This document shows, piece by piece, positions 42,801 to 45,518 of a stretch of 45,518 nt of DNA. Each line of letters begins with the position of its first letter. The first letter of the stretch is position 1. Under the pieces are notes generated by a model that was not told where the DNA came from, searched no databases, and saw nothing but the letters and a program-made list of their open reading frames with translations. A program made the translations under genes and the position numbers. This DNA is from a virus: positions 1-45,518 of the IMG/VR virus record IMGVR_UViG_3300028586_000006. One strand, written 5' to 3'.

Positions 42801-42988
42801 CGCTCGTACCGGTTGGCGCGCGCCGCGATATCCGGGTTCGTATCTGGCAAGACGTTGATCTGCGCGGCGCGCACGTCCTGATCGGGGATGATGCTATCGT
42901 ATTTGCTGGTCAGTTCCGCGCCGCGCGACGCGCGTGCGTCGGGCTTGGACCGGTTGGCGAAAAGGCTATCGTATCTGTTATCGGTCAC
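36875..42988 (-). CDS. Giant internal virion / ejection protein (gp16 position), polyvalent: GNAT-like segment plus HExxH metallopeptidase motif
   Basis: 2037 aa with a GTG start (GTGA overlap). It contains AYVRPAFRRQGIATQLYDALARAG (a GNAT-like Q/RxxGxA segment, plus-strand about 40850-40905) and STLIHETGHLFLEEL (HETGH codons at 40631-40645). There are long helical regions and C-terminal hydrophobic segments. Confidence 0.85.
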   Translation of the reverse strand: MTDNRYDSLFANRSKPDARASRGAELTSKYDSIIPDQDVRAAQINVLPDTNPDIAARANRYEREMGVPAGVAQDEIGNYDAMARQRRVAAAASEHPNIARFMADPRAAAVAHDDTASMAAISRQFQSFWNKPEPAKPWTQRARGIASNVGGSLVSGLFGAAEGVTQGLRALGEIREKVDPFYAAFDALTGTSQREKAAEGTTRWTPNLLRDMASQQREMQARFRPKDQGFVAGSLYAGIESVPTSLLALGSGLAGAPAAGLGAVGAIAGGQSYGQARDEGLSPLQAGAYGLAQGGVETLTERIPVLKFLEDTKVGTPFFKRLAKNMVAEQVGEQTATALQDFNEWATIGVNKGKTFGDYLRARPEAAAQTALAVAATVGTTNVAIEAGVRTADRVSRVLTADDNASRLGKIMGAAQTSKLRQRDPESFRKFVEQSTENGDAEHVYLPAEAVETYMQSEAFEDADGFFEGLRSQLDEARATGGDVVVPLADVATKLAGTPAWEALKDDARLSAGGLSAREAVREGEEVTRTLEQRGEEIAKAAQTEAAAAEPTTAVYDEVRQQLVDAGFTAQAASHQAAVYAASREAWGQRLGTDALSYHRAKPVEFRRGEYDASSAQRVMDQSPVTANAPQSGAGDDGLGPASVLSFVSRTGPAGVSVSEEDGLAIAVYRDEKGAPQAAVQMPTTDDAKEAFEVSAYVRPAFRRQGIATQLYDALARAGHPVDALSGTGDVTPNGAAFINARRARILNQNTDSSAPRGQIALYGDRSVITLFENADLSTLIHETGHLFLEELQKNATAEGAPADVAADWDVVQKWFADNGAALTDNVIPREAHELWARGFERYAMEGKAPTGALQSAFTAFRGWLLRIYEVVSRLRSPINPEIRSVMDRMLATQDAIDAYADEQNARALFTDAAQAGMTDAEFDAYQKTVTQARDDAYDALLFRTMARIKQQRERRVREETRAIRDEAETAISDEPRFKALRLLRTGKIGEQVLPVKLDRAWLVMRYGEDIESRLPANVRIGERDATFVDDIAEMTGFASGSEMIDALLDIQAQTRAMRLLGDKRQLRDRLIDEAVDAAITDAGTRDPLSDGSIEEEAIAAINNDRQGEVISSEARALARRTQAKPTPYKLAREWARRKIEAGIVNDVASRSAMQRYARATAKAARLAETAILEGNVDEAFRQKQAQMLNHALLVEAKAAADEVDTVVSRMGKLAKRAAMQSVDQDYFDRVHALLEGYSFRTASQKGLDELENFREWAEARAADGFEVFVPPRLAAATQHYSRVSVEELFGLRDAVDSLMALGRHKQKLLDGQKERDFAEVIRGIVANLRELPDRVLPKKTFNETSSRPLLDRGRNALRDWTAGGLKISTLALEMDVQNQNGPMMNLLVHRATDAENKRARLRDMVLIPLAQRYTDMSAKDQRRLEELVTIPELTFNVGLSEDDPRLGQPITVTRKELLAIALNTGNASNFEKMTRGERWNALTVRDVLNRHLTADDWQFVQSMWDGVEKLWPSIVETERGLTGVVPEKVTPLPIETPHGIFAGGYWPVVYDTDRSGVAEKNSDKQTDDMFGKRSGLGTPKGHTITRTEAIGPMTYSLDRILLQHIEKVITRLAYAEYARDVIRVTDNDQVRGAIDLKLGREYRRQLAPWLQRQITSYVNMDGAKFMEKVLRYTRQGITVVGMGLRFSTGVAQVSGLTASLARLGGKQTPRLVNNMRRTLMAIPAMAAGKQSEVHNFVFSRSEQMQRRLRESSVEVDTAFRKLAGRHSYMDSVTAWSMWHIGMIDLHIVSIPTWLTAHAKAVNEGMADEQASRYADQMVVTSQGGGRAKDLSAWQAPSSEAQKLFVMFYTPFNVLFNAQWEAARGVKRKDWTRAANLTFFFLVAQMLTDALLSGDWPKEDKEDPEGMPQATIKWAARNVGFGMFSGIPFARDAATFGERKMAGQYASFGGTPVSRIFEDMTKSATRLYQIEQGEKDFTPDAVPGLANAVGALTHTPLGQPGQTTKFLWQYQRGEVEPQSIADWYAGLTRGKIEDDKR

Positions 42989-45159
42989 CGCAATCCACCA
43001 CCAGCGTCGAGATATGCCTTTGCTATATCACGTTCACTGATCGGTCGAGAACCGTATTGACGACGCCAGGCGGCGGTGATCGCCTGCCGGTCGGCGTTCG
43101 GCACCGACACGGCATACTTGCCGCCGGCTGCCTCGACCGCGGCGCGCGGCAGCGGCTTGCTGGCATCGTTGTTCAGATAGACCGGAGCGAGCTGCGCGCG
43201 AACGATGCCGGCCAGCTCGTCGTCGGTCAGCTTGCTGCCCTTGCGCTGCTCGGCAACAGCGACTTGCCCCCGCACCCGGTCCTCGACCCGTGCGCGCCGC
43301 AAACGGTTTTCCTTCTGCTTGGAAGGCGTCAGCCCCTGCAATTCGATGCCTGCTGTCTGCGGCGCGTAGCGCCCGACCATCTCCGACACGCGGCTGAAGC
43401 TGACCCCGGCGTCGGAGTTCGTGCCGCCGCCGTTCTTCATATCGATCTGCGCCTTGCGTAGCGACATCCATTCGCCCTTCGACATCTGCCCGCGGACCTT
43501 ATACAGATCGGCGTTGACGAATGCCTGCTGCGTCGACGGGTTGCCGGACATCTCCAGCATATCGAAATAGGTCTCGCCGCCGGCTTCGATCGCATCGCCC
43601 TTCGTGTTCGCGTCGGCGATATTCCGCAACGTCGACAGCACCCCCGGCGCGAGCCGGGCGCGAACGCCGGCGGGCACCTGCGTAATGCTGGTGAAGTTGT
43701 CGCCCGCCTGATCGATCACCGAATAGGCGGCGTCGCGCGCGTCCTCTTCGGCGCGAGCCTTCAACTGGTCCGTGCGCGACACGTCCTGATCGATGCGCCG
43801 CAACAATGCCTGGTATTGCCGCGGCGACAGGTTCTGCGCCGTCGCGATATCGCGCGCCCGGTCGTAGAGATTGGCCTTGTCCTGCCGCTCGGCACTGTAT
43901 TCCGGCAGCGTCTCACGCCAGTTCTGCTTCGCCGGATCTACCTTGTTTCCAGCTTCGTTTCGGACGGTGAAGTGAAGATGATTTCCCCGAGACGCACTGC
44001 CTGTGTTCCCCACACCACCGAGGACGGTATCCGCGTCGACGGCGTCTCCCGCCGAAACGTTGACGTTTCGTAGATGCGCGTAACCTGTGACCCGCCCATC
44101 CGGATGTCGCACGAGAACCGAATTGCCACCTGCTTTGTCATACCATACCTTTTCGACCTTGCCGGACATCGGCGCGTAAACCGGCGTGCCGACCGGCGCC
44201 GCCAGATCTTCCGCATTGTGCTGCCGACGCCCGCCGTCACGGCTGTCCGCGAACCCGCTCGACGTTCGCCCCTTGCCGCGCAGTGGATCGCTGTTGACCT
44301 TGGCGACTTCGCCCTGGTCGCGATGCGCGACTTCCGGATCCGGCGTCGCCTCTATGCCGTGTGCGCCGGCGAGCAGCATCCCGTAGGCACCGTCGACCGT
44401 CGCCTCTTCGACGTCCTCGCGCATCGTGCGCCGCAGACGTACCTCGTCCTGCTCGGTGATCTCGCCAGCGTGCTTGTCGACGTACGCCTTCGCCGCCAGC
44501 GGGTCGCCGTCGAGCAGCTTCTGCGCGACGCCGAGATGGTAGCCCGACACCGCGCTGGCCTTCTCCCGCGCAATCACCTCCGGCGCGGCGCCCGGGTTCA
44601 GCGATCCGACTTCGGTCAGCGCGTCGGCCAGCGCCTGCTGCGATGCCGCCGGGTTGTCCTGTGACAGCGAAATCGCGCGATCGACGTTGCTTTCGAACCG
44701 CGCCTTGCTGGCGTTGATGTTGAAGCTCTCGATCTCCTTGCGCTCGTGCGTGTCGTATGTTGCGAGCTCCTGCACTGACAGGCGGTCGAACGCATCGCCG
44801 AGCATCCGCTGCTGACGCGGGTTCGCCATCGACGTGACATACTGCTTGCGCAGCTCGGTGATCTGGTTGCGCGCCTGTGCTTTCGCCGCAACCGCGTCCT
44901 GCCCGCGCGCCGTCAGCACCGTATTGCGGATGCCGGACAGATCGGCCTGCGCTTTCGCGTCAGCGCTCTTGACCGCGGCGGTATCGTAGATCGCGTTAAC
45001 GCGATCCTGATCGTCGGCGAACTGACGAACGTCCTGCCCGAAGCGCGCTACGGCGCCGCCGATGATCTGACCCGAGCGATCGTCGGACGCGTCAAGGCGC
45101 TGCCGCGGCAACGGGTTGGCTTCGACACGGTTCTGGATATCGACTGGAGCGGTAGGCAT
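42985..45159 (-). CDS. Internal virion protein with an M23 (LytM-type) peptidoglycan peptidase domain (gp15 position)
   Basis: 724 aa. HNAEDLAAPVGTPVYAPMSGKV...GNSVLVRHPDGRVTGYAHL......VLGGVGNTGSASRGNHLHFTV is the M23 signature (plus-strand about 43960-44230). Confidence 0.85.
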   Translation of the reverse strand: MPTAPVDIQNRVEANPLPRQRLDASDDRSGQIIGGAVARFGQDVRQFADDQDRVNAIYDTAAVKSADAKAQADLSGIRNTVLTARGQDAVAAKAQARNQITELRKQYVTSMANPRQQRMLGDAFDRLSVQELATYDTHERKEIESFNINASKARFESNVDRAISLSQDNPAASQQALADALTEVGSLNPGAAPEVIAREKASAVSGYHLGVAQKLLDGDPLAAKAYVDKHAGEITEQDEVRLRRTMREDVEEATVDGAYGMLLAGAHGIEATPDPEVAHRDQGEVAKVNSDPLRGKGRTSSGFADSRDGGRRQHNAEDLAAPVGTPVYAPMSGKVEKVWYDKAGGNSVLVRHPDGRVTGYAHLRNVNVSAGDAVDADTVLGGVGNTGSASRGNHLHFTVRNEAGNKVDPAKQNWRETLPEYSAERQDKANLYDRARDIATAQNLSPRQYQALLRRIDQDVSRTDQLKARAEEDARDAAYSVIDQAGDNFTSITQVPAGVRARLAPGVLSTLRNIADANTKGDAIEAGGETYFDMLEMSGNPSTQQAFVNADLYKVRGQMSKGEWMSLRKAQIDMKNGGGTNSDAGVSFSRVSEMVGRYAPQTAGIELQGLTPSKQKENRLRRARVEDRVRGQVAVAEQRKGSKLTDDELAGIVRAQLAPVYLNNDASKPLPRAAVEAAGGKYAVSVPNADRQAITAAWRRQYGSRPISERDIAKAYLDAGGGLR

Positions 45160-45518
45160 CAGCCGATCCTGCTCTGCGCACGCATCTTGCTGGTCTGCGA
45201 CGCTGCGCCGAGCAGCGTACCTGCCGCGCCGATAGCGCCCGACACGAACGCGGCATTGCCTTCGCTGCGCGCCGCGCGACCTTTCATCACGTAGTTCGCC
45301 GCGTTGATATCGTAGCCCTGCACCTCGCGCCGGGTGTTCTCGGCGATCGTGCTGCTATCCTCGTATCCAATTTGCGCGGTGTCGAGTTGCATGTCCATCG
45401 TCGAGCCGAAGGTCAGGTCGAGCCCGTTCGCGGCGCTGGCGGCGCGTTGCGCGCCGATCGACTGCGCGAGCATCCGATAGCGCTGAAGCTGCGCCGTCTG
45501 TCCGCGCGATACCGCATC
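45159..45518 (-). CDS. C-terminal part of the gp14-position internal virion protein (same gene as 1..283; 45392-45518 duplicates 1-127)
   Basis: Track ORF 45159..45473 (MLAQSIGAQRAASAANGLDL...) stays open to the window edge and is in frame with 1..283 through the end repeat. Confidence 0.75.
   Translation of the reverse strand, partial: DAVSRGQTAQLQRYRMLAQSIGAQRAASAANGLDLTFGSTMDMQLDTAQIGYEDSSTIAENTRREVQGYDINAANYVMKGRAARSEGNAAFVSGAIGAAGTLLGAASQTSKMRAQSRIG
45392..45518. repeat. Second copy of the 127-bp terminal repeat
   Basis: Identical to 1-127 by direct reading. Confidence 0.95.

Overview
This window is a complete phage genome. Bases 1-127 are identical to 45392-45518, so the unique length is about 45,391 bp and the molecule is circular or circularly permuted. 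It is a high-G+C tailed dsDNA phage; sampled backbone lines are about 60-65% G+C.

The gene content is mosaic:
- **Head and packaging module (16905 to 9062, - strand):** TerS, TerL, portal, Bbp19-like protein, scaffold, major capsid protein and a cement-like protein, resembling BPP-1.
- **Tail and ejection module (8990 to 1, wrapping to 45391 to 34836, - strand):** gene order follows T7 gp11-gp17. It has an adaptor, a nozzle protein split into two ORFs, a gp13-position protein, and gp14/15/16-position internal proteins. The last two include an M23 peptidase protein and a 2037-aa polyvalent protein. There are two beta-helix tailspikes.
- **Lysis cassette (34836 to 32988, - strand):** GH108 endolysin, holin, and overlapped i-/o-spanins.
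- **Replication module (23355 to 32994, + strand):** DUF2800 nuclease, DUF2815 SSB-like protein, family-A DNA polymerase, VRR-NUC, small C5-MTase-like protein, SNF2 helicase and a GapR-like protein.
- **Leftward early operon (23237 to 18280, - strand):** Lar-like protein, DUF3307, Cro-like HTH and a primase-polymerase/VirE protein.

I found no integrase, CI-type repressor, CRISPR array or reverse transcriptase. A GapR (DUF2312) homologue and the promoter style suggest an alphaproteobacterial host; that is inference.

Accessory content:
- three HNH endonuclease genes;
- one tRNA-Trp(CCA) antisense to the late operon, with its own promoter;
- a signal-peptide DUF1996 protein translationally coupled to a tailspike;
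- a low-G+C fibre cassette;
- a self-contained cassette of small membrane proteins.

The most unusual signals are non-coding:
1. A terminator-flanked RNA element whose exposed 13-mer is the exact reverse complement of the primase RBS. It also complements four other phage RBSs over 10-11 nt.
2. A twice-repeated structured intergenic element with compensatory changes.
3. A 290-bp cluster of about 12 CGGAC-core iterons beside an AT-rich tract upstream of terS.

All protein family calls come from motif recognition by eye. No database search was run.
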